This document shows positions 24,784 through 33,030 of a stretch of DNA of 58,930 bases, in pieces (within the stretch, counting starts at the first letter, position 1; each line of letters opens with the position of its first letter). The notes under the pieces were generated by a model. It was given only the letters and a program-made list of their open reading frames with translations, had not been told where the DNA came from and did not search any database. The stretch is from a virus: IMG/VR virus record IMGVR_UViG_3300029853_000009; one strand, given 5' to 3'. Made by a program: the position numbers and the translations under genes.

Positions 24784-25516
24784 CTAAAACGGACATTCAT
24801 TTCCTTTCCTTAAAACCCATTCCTTGTTACGCTCTGCAACATCTACATTTGCCCCACAAGCGACTTTTTTCATCTTCTCGATAAAACTATCACTATCAGA
24901 ATTTTCGCTCGATAAATGGCACATTATGACATTCTGCAAGTTATCCGAATAATTCGCCTTAACAAAGTCACAAGCTGTGTCAATGGATAAGTGACCTCTG
25001 AAAACGTGATTGGCTTTGCCTGTGTTATCCCTGTCGATTAAATCCTTGTCATAATTCACACCTAAGAGAATGTGGTTTATGTCTTTAAACTTCCACTTGA
25101 TTAATTCACAATCGGTTATGTAAAGCATTCTCCCCATTTCCTTGTGTGTAATCAGAAAGCCGAATATCGGGCAAGGTGTTCCATCTGCATTTGTGTGTGT
25201 CCAGTTTCCGTCTATCGTTGTTAAATCAAAAGGTTTTACTGTAAATTCGCCCATATTCATTGATTTACAGCTATCCCCTAAATATGGGGCAAGTATCGGT
25301 ATTCCCATTGGCTTAAAATCGTTTAATGACCTTGAATGGTCGTCAATAATGCTCGTGTGAAATAAGGCAGCCTACTATATTTTTTACATTCCAATCACAC
25401 ATCTTTTTTATGTCTTTAATTCCCATTCCTACATCAAGAATAAGTGTTTCATTCTCTGACATAAGAGCGTAAGAATTTCCTTTGCTTCCAGTTCCGCAAC
25501 ATTTCAATTTGAGCAT
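24784..25516 (-). pseudogene. Metallo-beta-lactamase-fold hydrolase gene split by a frameshift inside the HxHxDH motif
   Basis: The N-terminal frame (25343-25516) ends ...GCLISHEHY-stop. The +1 frame continues IDDHSRSLNDFKPMGIPILAPY... to 24784. The break lies in cacgagcattattgacgaccat (~25346-25367). Confidence 0.6.
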
Positions 25517-26103
25517 TACATCACCTCGCTTTCATCTGCAAGTTTCCAAATATATCCGCCCGCCTGTTTTCTAATACCGCCTTTATTATTAAAAGGTTCT
25601 TTATTGGCTACTTGTAAAATATTTCTCCGACATATTCCTGTCATCCTACTTGCAACTTCTCCATTTACATATGTAGCGAGTAATACTCCATCCCTAGTGT
25701 ATTGGCATATTTTTCTTGGTTTCTCATATTTGTTATAATTAACAATTCCTGTAACCACTTGTGGGTGCGTTTTTTCCGTTTCTTTTCTGTGCCTCTTTGG
25801 ATGAATATATTCCAAATTTGAGACGATATTGTTTTGCTTATTTCCGTCTTTATGGTGTACTTGATATCCTTGTAATCTATCTCCTATAAAATGTTCTGCA
25901 ACCAATTGATGTATTGCTATTGACTTGTTTTTGTTAGTTACAGAATTTCTTAAAACAATGCGAAGATAATCTCCTGTTGCATTTTGATTTGATAGAATAT
26001 ATCCGCCCTCTGTCTTTTTAAAACTCTTTACTCTTCCGTAATTGGAAATCTGATATTGCCCCTCAAAGCCTTTTATCCACTTCCATTCTTCATCCATACT
26101 CAC
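25516..26103 (-). CDS. HNH homing endonuclease with a NUMOD4-like N-terminus
   Basis: WKWIKGFEGQYQISNYGRVKS, plus HHKDGNKQNNIVSNLEY. Confidence 0.8.
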   Translation of the reverse strand: MSMDEEWKWIKGFEGQYQISNYGRVKSFKKTEGGYILSNQNATGDYLRIVLRNSVTNKNKSIAIHQLVAEHFIGDRLQGYQVHHKDGNKQNNIVSNLEYIHPKRHRKETEKTHPQVVTGIVNYNKYEKPRKICQYTRDGVLLATYVNGEVASRMTGICRRNILQVANKEPFNNKGGIRKQAGGYIWKLADESEVM

Positions 26104-26474
26104 ACCTCGATTTCATCATCCTGTGGGAACTGAAAGATAGTATTGCTAACACACTCTACTTTTGACGGCTGATTTTCAGCTCGTACCATAACGCCGCATT
26201 TCTTTAATCTTTCAAATTCCTTTTTCACATCGTCTGAAATATCAACATTCTGCATTACAATCGGCATACCGATATATACTTCTCTAAGCATTTCCATAGC
26301 CTTAATTGCTTTTGCTTTGGTGGAATATTCAGCTAACTTTGTGCCATTCGGCGATGATAAATTACAACAATAGATATATGCTACTTCTACATCTTCATAT
26401 TTCCCACAAGCCATAGATAACGAAAAATAATCATAAGGAACATCTATTGTTCCGTCCTGTGAAACTACTCTCAT
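26100..26474 (-). CDS. Hypothetical protein
   Basis: ATG at 26474 overlaps the upstream stop (ATGA). Confidence 0.5.
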   Translation of the reverse strand: MRVVSQDGTIDVPYDYFSLSMACGKYEDVEVAYIYCCNLSSPNGTKLAEYSTKAKAIKAMEMLREVYIGMPIVMQNVDISDDVKKEFERLKKCGVMVRAENQPSKVECVSNTIFQFPQDDEIEV

Positions 26475-26475
26475 A

Positions 26476-27555
26476 TCAGCTCTCCTCACTCTGCATAAAT
26501 GGCGGTAATGTGCTATCTTCTGCCTGTTTTTCGGTTGCTTCTGTTGTCGTGGTATCAACTACATCAGCCTTATCTTCTATAAACTCAACAGTATTAGCAT
26601 TTTCGGCAATTTCAGCCTGTGCAACTTGATATACCTCATCCATTTCAACCTGTGCCTGTCTTGCCATTGGGTCATAGTTCTTAGGGTATTTTCTTGTTGC
26701 ATTGTTGCACATTTTTCTCTGTATCATACTCTCTGGAGTATCAAGCCAAGCACCGCTTATAAAAGGCCTTGCAAGCTCACATTCAAGCATTTCATCTACT
26801 GTCTTGCACGCTCTTAAAGCATTAAGTATCTCGTCTTTCTTAGCCTTAATTTCGGCTTTCTGCTTTGGTGTTGCGTGGTATCTATCCTCACAAATGCCAA
26901 AAGTCTCATTCATTATGTTTTGCTTAACATGAGCTAAAAGATTTACCTTAACGCTGTCTCTATCAGCAGAAAGATATGTTACTGTTCCGTCTAGCAGCTT
27001 AACAGGATATACAACTCTTACCGCTTTATTAGATAATCCGCTTTCTTCCCACTCCGGCTCTGTGACTGTAAGACCTTTATGCTTAGGTGGTATGTACTTG
27101 TCGCCCTCTTTAATTACCCAATACGGATATACCTGTTTAACATCTTTTCCATAGTTGGCGAGCAAAGAGTCATAACCTGTACCCTCAATTCCCATTTCAA
27201 CCTGTTTCTGCCATATATCCTTGTTTGTCTGCGGGTCAGTTCCCACCTTTACATTTCTTAACTGAAAATAACACTCTCTTGGATATGCACTAGCATTTAA
27301 CTTAAGACTTGCACAACGCTTAACAATGCCCCTTAAATTACTTGTATCAAGGTTTCCCATGTTAATCTTAGGGTCACTCTTAACAAGATTAAATATGCTT
27401 GTCATAGCTTCCATAGCGCACTCTTTTGCGTAATCGTCCATATCCATTCCAACAGCCTTATAATCATTGATAATAAGTCCTGTCATTGTGTTGCTCCACT
27501 CACTTAAAGAGGTGGTAAACGCTTTCTTTTCTACAACTGCTGTATTCTCTGCCAT
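26476..27555 (-). CDS. RecT-like single-strand annealing protein (tentative)
   Basis: Size, position next to SSB and the nucleases, and central ECYFQLRNVKV...GIEGTGYDSLLANYG...VIKEGDKY resemble RecT. RBS AGAGGAA before the ATG at 27555. Confidence 0.45.
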   Translation of the reverse strand: MAENTAVVEKKAFTTSLSEWSNTMTGLIINDYKAVGMDMDDYAKECAMEAMTSIFNLVKSDPKINMGNLDTSNLRGIVKRCASLKLNASAYPRECYFQLRNVKVGTDPQTNKDIWQKQVEMGIEGTGYDSLLANYGKDVKQVYPYWVIKEGDKYIPPKHKGLTVTEPEWEESGLSNKAVRVVYPVKLLDGTVTYLSADRDSVKVNLLAHVKQNIMNETFGICEDRYHATPKQKAEIKAKKDEILNALRACKTVDEMLECELARPFISGAWLDTPESMIQRKMCNNATRKYPKNYDPMARQAQVEMDEVYQVAQAEIAENANTVEFIEDKADVVDTTTTEATEKQAEDSTLPPFMQSEES

Positions 27556-27560
27556 TATCT

Positions 27561-28616
27561 CTATTCCTCTCTTTCTAATAATTTTTTTACATATAAATCC
27601 ATTGAACGGCACAACTTTATGCAATTCCCATGCAACGCATGATTCTTCCACGCATTGTATCTTTCATAAAACTTCTTCTCTGTCATTCTTCCTGTTTTAA
27701 CCAACTCACACCACTTACGCAGTTGCTTTCGGATTCTGCGCTTATTAGTACTCGTTAATTTTCTTATGCACTTTCCGTCTTTTGTGACATAATGATGAAA
27801 GCCTGTAAATAAAATCCCACTTTTAAACGGAATTATTTGCGTTTTACCGTTTAGTGATAGTCCAAGGCTTTCCACAAACCGCCGAATACATTCAAGACAC
27901 CATTTCAAATAATCTTTGCTCGGCGCTATCAAATAAAAATCGTCCATATATCTGCCATACAGCTTCACTCCTAACTCACCTGTTACAAAATGGTCTAATC
28001 CATTCAGCATAAGTAATGCGTATACTTGCGCTACTTGATTGCCAAGCGGAAGCCCCAAACCGTCAGTACTGTCAATGTATAGATTATTCAGCCACACTGT
28101 ATACTCATCATTAAAATAGTAATCAACTACGTCTTTCAGAATATCGTGGTTTATTTGATAGAAAAACTTCGTAATATCGCATTTCAAAATCCAACCGTCA
28201 AGCCCGTGCTGGTTGTAAAATTCAAGCATTTGCTCTTCCAAACAGTCCATTCCAAAATGTGTGCCTTTTCCTGTCTGACCGGCATAATTCGTTCTAATAA
28301 ATTCACCGGATAATTGTGGGTGCAACACATTGTCGCACAAGCAATGCTGTACTACTTTATCTTTAAAAGAACACGACTTAATCACTCTTTCCTTTGGTTC
28401 ATAAACCTTAAATTCATTGTACGGATTCACTCTATATGTTTGATTTTCAAGTTGTTCTTTTAACATATGTAGTCCCTTAAGGCTCATCGCCTGAAACCTA
28501 GCACTGCTTCCATTGAAGCCTTTGCCTACTTTAGCTTTTTTATAAGCCTTATACAGATTTTCATAATTACAAACAATCTCTTTATCCATAATAAAAATTC
28601 CTTTGTATTTACCCAT
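27561..28616 (-). CDS. DGR reverse transcriptase
   Basis: YMDD box (GRYMDDFYLI), DGR-type LGNQVAQ motif, and location immediately 3' of the TR. The start may be the internal ATG at 28589. Confidence 0.9.
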   Translation of the reverse strand: MGKYKGIFIMDKEIVCNYENLYKAYKKAKVGKGFNGSSARFQAMSLKGLHMLKEQLENQTYRVNPYNEFKVYEPKERVIKSCSFKDKVVQHCLCDNVLHPQLSGEFIRTNYAGQTGKGTHFGMDCLEEQMLEFYNQHGLDGWILKCDITKFFYQINHDILKDVVDYYFNDEYTVWLNNLYIDSTDGLGLPLGNQVAQVYALLMLNGLDHFVTGELGVKLYGRYMDDFYLIAPSKDYLKWCLECIRRFVESLGLSLNGKTQIIPFKSGILFTGFHHYVTKDGKCIRKLTSTNKRRIRKQLRKWCELVKTGRMTEKKFYERYNAWKNHALHGNCIKLCRSMDLYVKKLLEREE

Positions 28617-28687
28617 TCAGGGAAGGTTACACACTTTTTTGTATCTTTCTCTGATTTCGGCTTATTGCCTACTCTTACTGTCTGTAT

Positions 28688-28764
28688 GATACAGAATGGG
28701 CGAACACCGTTGTTGTTGTTACAGTTGTTGTTGTTGATATTGCCGGACGGCGAAACAACGGTTT
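28688..28764 (-). repeat. DGR template repeat (TR)
   Basis: Non-coding. The coding-sense core is AAT ATC AAC AAC AAC AAC TGT AAC AAC AAC AAC. It aligns without gaps to both VRs. Confidence 0.9.
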
Positions 28765-28788
28765 ATACAGTGCGTAACCTATAATGTT

Positions 28789-29160
28789 TTATCTTCCTCT
28801 GTCTTTGGTTCTCCAAGCAATCGCCATGTGTTTAATGTCAGAAACCATCTTAGACCAGTATTCCATACTCTTAATATTGATGATATTCAGCTTCATTGAT
28901 AACTCAATATAAAATAGCAATTCATCGCAATGTGTTATTGCTTTGGTCTGCAACTCTGACCGTTCTCTGCGATATAATTTCAAGTCTGTCCGATTGGCTT
29001 CATATATGTATTCATAGATTTCTAATGCCTTATTCTGCATTTTATCTATCAATGAAAATCTGTATTTTTTCGGGTATCGGTTACAATTTGAAGTTATTCG
29101 CAAAGTATGTTCTGCCAGTTCTTTTGCTTTTAAAATAACTTTTAATTCTGTTTCTGCCAT
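28789..29160 (-). CDS. avd: DGR accessory variability determinant (Avd, four-helix-bundle type)
   Basis: 123 aa, basic, helical; RYPKKYRFSLIDKMQNKALEIYEYIYEAN pattern; sits between target and TR. Confidence 0.8.
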   Translation of the reverse strand: MAETELKVILKAKELAEHTLRITSNCNRYPKKYRFSLIDKMQNKALEIYEYIYEANRTDLKLYRRERSELQTKAITHCDELLFYIELSMKLNIINIKSMEYWSKMVSDIKHMAIAWRTKDRGR

Positions 29161-29163
29161 TTA

Positions 29164-29778
29164 CTAATCCTCTGATTCAAAGATTGAAGAGGAAAAGATA
29201 CAAAATGGGCGAACACCGTAGTTGCGGTTACAGAGGTTGAGGTGGATATAGCCGTACGGCGAAACAACGGTTACTGACGATTTATAGCCATTACGCTTTG
29301 TGCTCCAAGGCGTACAAGTCCACCACCAATAATTATCCGTGTTAGGGATAAATCTTCTGTACTTGCGGTAGTCATCTATAGTCAGCAGAGATACTTTGTC
29401 TTCGCAGTTTCCATATTCATTTTGCCCGTCAAGTGAAAACAGACTGCGATTAAACGAAATAATATTTTCTTCTCCTAATTCATTAATAACCCTTTGTATA
29501 AATTCTGTGTTGAGATATTCTCTTAACTGACTTCCAATCCAATTATTCGATTCACTATCAAACTTCATTGAATTTTCCAATCTGTCAGCAAGACACATAT
29601 ATCCTTTATCTGTAATATCAAGGATTGTCCATTTAAGCCCAGCAAGTTTAAATGTATCTCCCGTGCTTAATCCGGCTGGAATCTTTCTTGTTTTTTCAAC
29701 TGCTTTTAAAACAGCAACTTCATTTCTTAATTCATTAATTTGCTCCTGCAAACTTTTCATTGTCAATGTCATAATCAT
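29164..29778 (-). CDS. DGR variable protein 1 (C-type-lectin/FGE-like C-terminal domain)
   Basis: WWWTCTPWST...VVSPYGYIHLNLCNRNYGVRPFCIF; VR1 lies at its 3' end. Confidence 0.85.
   Translation of the reverse strand: MIMTLTMKSLQEQINELRNEVAVLKAVEKTRKIPAGLSTGDTFKLAGLKWTILDITDKGYMCLADRLENSMKFDSESNNWIGSQLREYLNTEFIQRVINELGEENIISFNRSLFSLDGQNEYGNCEDKVSLLTIDDYRKYRRFIPNTDNYWWWTCTPWSTKRNGYKSSVTVVSPYGYIHLNLCNRNYGVRPFCIFSSSIFESED
29197..29273 (-). repeat. DGR variable repeat 1 (VR1)
   Basis: Offset +509 from the TR. Nine core differences, all at TR adenines (coding sense). Confidence 0.9.
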
Positions 29779-30380
29779 TCTCCTTTTGATACAAAGATAT
29801 TAGATTTTAAGATACAAAAAGGGCGAACACCGTAGAGGCCGTAACAGCGGTTGTTGCAGATATCGCCGGACGGCGAAACAACGGCGATTTCATATTTCCA
29901 ACCTCTATCAGCAGTAGACCAAGGCGTACAAGTCCACCACCAATCGTCAAATTCTTTATTAACAAGCAAATTATTATACTTTCTTGCTTCGTCAAATGTT
30001 ATCGGTCTTACCTTGCAATAACAAGGCTTAAATTCATCTTGCATATCAACAGATGTTAAATTAACAACCTGTTCAATAATGTTTCCTGCTCCAACCTCTG
30101 CTTCAATGACCGGCTGAATCTTTTCTTCAATAACCCTTTTAAGATTAGAACTTTTATAATCTCTTGTATCGTTGTCAAAAACAACGTTCTTTGCCATAAA
30201 GCTTTTAGATATTACATTTGTTGTGCCACTGCAACCGTTTTGCTCAAGAACGATAAAATTATGTTCTCCGATTTTAAACGTTTCTCCAGGCTGTAATTCT
30301 GATAACTGTACCTTATTAGTCTTTTCTGCTTCTTCTAACTTTCTCACAAGTTCTCTTGCAAGTTCCAATTCTCTACTCAT
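29775..30380 (-). CDS. DGR variable protein 2 (paralogue of target 1)
   Basis: WWWTCTPWST...VVSPSGDICNNRCYGLYGVRPFCIL. VR2 lies at its 3' end, and its stop overlaps the start of target 1 (ATGA). Confidence 0.85.
   Translation of the reverse strand: MSRELELARELVRKLEEAEKTNKVQLSELQPGETFKIGEHNFIVLEQNGCSGTTNVISKSFMAKNVVFDNDTRDYKSSNLKRVIEEKIQPVIEAEVGAGNIIEQVVNLTSVDMQDEFKPCYCKVRPITFDEARKYNNLLVNKEFDDWWWTCTPWSTADRGWKYEIAVVSPSGDICNNRCYGLYGVRPFCILKSNIFVSKGE
29811..29887 (-). repeat. DGR variable repeat 2 (VR2)
   Basis: Offset +1123 from the TR. Eleven core differences, all at TR adenines. Confidence 0.9.
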
Positions 30381-30701
30381 TTAATTTTCCTCACTTTCTT
30401 CGATTATCTTTAATTCCATTTCTTCTCTTTCAAGTCTTTCTTTTGCCTGCGCAATCCTTGATTCTGCTCGGTTCTTAAATTTCTCCTTGGCATACTCAAA
30501 ATTAGGTTCTGTAAGAAACAACTGATTAAAATCAGTTATTCGCCCAACATCATCTTTCCTTGCTGTACTACAGTAGTTTGGAAAAACTCTATCAACAGAC
30601 TTGTATGTCTTAGGCTTCTCTTCTGCTTCACAAACCTGTACTGTAATTCCTGTTTTTTCGTATTTTCCAGCTGTATTCAATTCGTAAAAATAAAGTTTCA
30701 T
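30381..30701 (-). CDS. Hypothetical protein
   Basis: RBS GGAGGG before the ATG at 30701. Confidence 0.5.
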   Translation of the reverse strand: MKLYFYELNTAGKYEKTGITVQVCEAEEKPKTYKSVDRVFPNYCSTARKDDVGRITDFNQLFLTEPNFEYAKEKFKNRAESRIAQAKERLEREEMELKIIEESEEN

Positions 30702-30702
30702 A

Positions 30703-32646
30703 TTATCCCTCCACAATCTCTAATTTCTCACTATTATTAACAATCAGCATAATCAACTGACTATCAACCATTTCAGCAACTTTTTTCTGATTATCTGTAC
30801 TAAGGCTTTCAGAATCATCCAAGATAATAGGAACTGATATTCCACTAATCTTCTGTATTGAGTTGCATATATCAACTCTTCCTAAAATCCTGTTGCCCTT
30901 GTTGCTCATAGTTGTTAAAATGCTCTTCCCGTCAACTGTAGGTATGCAACAACTCTTGTAATTGCCATTCTTGGCATATTCAAACAACTGCCACTTAATT
31001 AACCCAAAATGACTATTTACTGCTTCTGTCAAGGCTTCATTCTTTGCTTTGTCTAATTCATCAAGTAAATCAAGGATTTTCTCCGCATTAGCCTTATTCT
31101 GTTCAGAATCAATCCTTGTCTGCTTTAATTCCTCAAGTCGCTGTTCGTCTGCTGCCGTATCAGACTTTACAATCCGGCTTTCGCATTCTGCTAACTGCTG
31201 CCTTAAAGCTGTTTCCTGTGCCTTTAATTCTGCCTTAACTGCCGAAATATCGTTAGCCTTGTGCATAGCTTCTTCTTTTTCAGTTATCTTCTGTTCAAGT
31301 GCCTTGTATTCTTCGGTGGCTGTTACATCAATTTCCTGTGGAAGTTCTGATAACTGCTTCTTAAGGTCTGCAATGGCTGTATTCAGCATTTCAAGACTTT
31401 CTTTATGCTGTGGCAGCTCTGACACGAGTTCTGTAAGCACTTTCCTCTCTTTCTTTAATCGTTCACTGTACATATTGCCATTGTCAGTAATTGTCTTTAA
31501 GTTATCAGCCTTATGTTTTTCAAAATCAGCCTTTAACTGTTCTTTCTTATCTTCCTTATATTCATTGCCACAATAAGGACAAATAAGGCTATTCTCGTCA
31601 AACTTACGCTCATTCTCTTCTTTCCACTTGTTACGCTCTGTTTGTAAATATCCTTTAATGCTCTCGATAGTCTTTTCAGAACTAGCAATGCAACTTTCTG
31701 TATCGGTAATAGTCTTTTCTGTCTGCTTAACGAGAAACTTCTTATCAGAAATCTTGTCCTCAATCTCCCTCCTAGCCTTAACATTATCTTCATTAGCCTT
31801 GCGTGATAAATCTCCCTGCTTAAACTTCAAATCAAGAATATCAGCACTAGCCTTGTCATATTCAGCTAACAACTTGTCATTGTCTGTCTGCTTTGCCACA
31901 CAATCAGCAATCTGTTCTTTAAGGCTGTTCTTCTGCAATTCAAGGTCAGATACATCAATGCCCTGTTTAATCTGTACATCACGCTCTTTCTCTTCAATCT
32001 GCCCTTTCAGCTTTTTGGCATTATCATCAACATCTTTTTTGATTTCATTGTTCATAGCGCGTATTTCTTCGTATGTGTATTTTTTAAAAAGTGGTACTAA
32101 TTCAGCAAGTTCGCTTTTAGACTTTGCCATATCAAGGTCGGTTGTTTTCTTTACTAAACTGAAAAGATATTCTCTCATTTCCTTTGGCTTCTGCGTAAGA
32201 AATACATTGATATTGCTACACATTTTGAAAATGTTCATATTAACATCAAGATATTCATTGAATGCCTTTAATGTCTTTGAAACGCTGTTGATATAATATG
32301 AATTAGGGTCTTTTACAGTTGTTATAGCAACTCCGTCCTTTATTACTTCTTCATAAGTACGCTTCTGCACTTTCTTCATAGTGATTTCTTTTCCGTCAAC
32401 ATCAAAAGTAAGTTCAACAGATACATCCATATCATCAACGGATTTTCCGTCAATCTCTCGTCTTACAACCGGATTATCCTTTAACGAATAATCACAGTTA
32501 AACAGACACCAGTTGTATGCCGTAGCAATACTGGATTTTCCTTTGCCGTTCATTGCAAAGATTTTTGTTAAATCAAAGAAGTTAAATTCTTCATGTGCAT
32601 AACACATAAAATTTTCAACTGTTATCTTTAAAAGCTTAATTTTCAT
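30703..32646 (-). CDS. Rad50/SbcC-like SMC-type ATPase with a zinc hook
   Basis: Walker A NGKGKSS, a long coiled coil with a central CPYCG (CxxC hook), and C-terminal PIILDDSESL (Walker B/D-loop). Confidence 0.75.
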   Translation of the reverse strand: MKIKLLKITVENFMCYAHEEFNFFDLTKIFAMNGKGKSSIATAYNWCLFNCDYSLKDNPVVRREIDGKSVDDMDVSVELTFDVDGKEITMKKVQKRTYEEVIKDGVAITTVKDPNSYYINSVSKTLKAFNEYLDVNMNIFKMCSNINVFLTQKPKEMREYLFSLVKKTTDLDMAKSKSELAELVPLFKKYTYEEIRAMNNEIKKDVDDNAKKLKGQIEEKERDVQIKQGIDVSDLELQKNSLKEQIADCVAKQTDNDKLLAEYDKASADILDLKFKQGDLSRKANEDNVKARREIEDKISDKKFLVKQTEKTITDTESCIASSEKTIESIKGYLQTERNKWKEENERKFDENSLICPYCGNEYKEDKKEQLKADFEKHKADNLKTITDNGNMYSERLKKERKVLTELVSELPQHKESLEMLNTAIADLKKQLSELPQEIDVTATEEYKALEQKITEKEEAMHKANDISAVKAELKAQETALRQQLAECESRIVKSDTAADEQRLEELKQTRIDSEQNKANAEKILDLLDELDKAKNEALTEAVNSHFGLIKWQLFEYAKNGNYKSCCIPTVDGKSILTTMSNKGNRILGRVDICNSIQKISGISVPIILDDSESLSTDNQKKVAEMVDSQLIMLIVNNSEKLEIVEG

Positions 32647-32747
32647 CCTCGAACCCCATAACCTTTCCGTCATTCAGAATAACTGTCTGACCTTTCATTT
32701 CCTGCATTTCAATACAATCCTGAATTGTTATTTTCTCTCTGTTCATT

Positions 32748-32921
32748 TTAATTGCTCCTTTTCCTAGTAAATTTATCAATTGTTCTGCGGCTTCCAGTCG
32801 CCTTATTTATGAGTTTCAAATAAAACTCTGTTTCCTCTACTAAAAGCCAATGTTCAGCATTTAAGTGGTGTGCCGAACACGCTTCCTTTTGAGAACGTGT
32901 AAGTTTTTTAGGTTGTTTCAT
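32748..32921 (-). CDS. Hypothetical small basic protein
   Basis: Internal ATG at 32921 (MKQPKKLTRSQKEACSAHHLN...). Confidence 0.45.
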   Translation of the reverse strand: MKQPKKLTRSQKEACSAHHLNAEHWLLVEETEFYLKLINKATGSRRTIDKFTRKRSN

Positions 32922-33030
32922 ATCAACCTCTCTTTCTTTTGTTAGTATCAATTCTAAAAAGAATTGCGGCAATGGCTTCAACAACTATTGCTATACTAAC
33001 CATAAATATAAATAAATCCATGTTATCTCC

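Larger units (their letters stand above)
27561..30380 (-). mobile_element. Diversity-generating retroelement cassette (target2-target1-avd-TR-RT)
   Basis: RT, Avd and a TR with two cognate VRs that show adenine-specific differences (see findings). Confidence 0.9.

Noticed and set aside
27556-27651. Apparent 90-nt overlap between the RT gene and the 391-aa ORF
   Set aside because: This is an artefact of the ORF caller extending to the most upstream start. An RBS-preceded ATG at 27555 gives a 5-nt gap instead.
28765-28788. Whether the TR extends further 5' (towards avd), as in longer DGR TRs
   Set aside because: Beyond 28764 the TR (tatacagtgcgtaacc) no longer aligns to either VR flank, so the boundary was kept at ~28761-28764.
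31049-32296. Plus-strand ORFs 31049-31576 and 31628-32296
   Set aside because: They are antisense shadows of the coiled-coil ATPase gene (the Ser/Leu/Phe/Cys-rich translations typical of the reverse of Glu/Lys-rich coding sequence).
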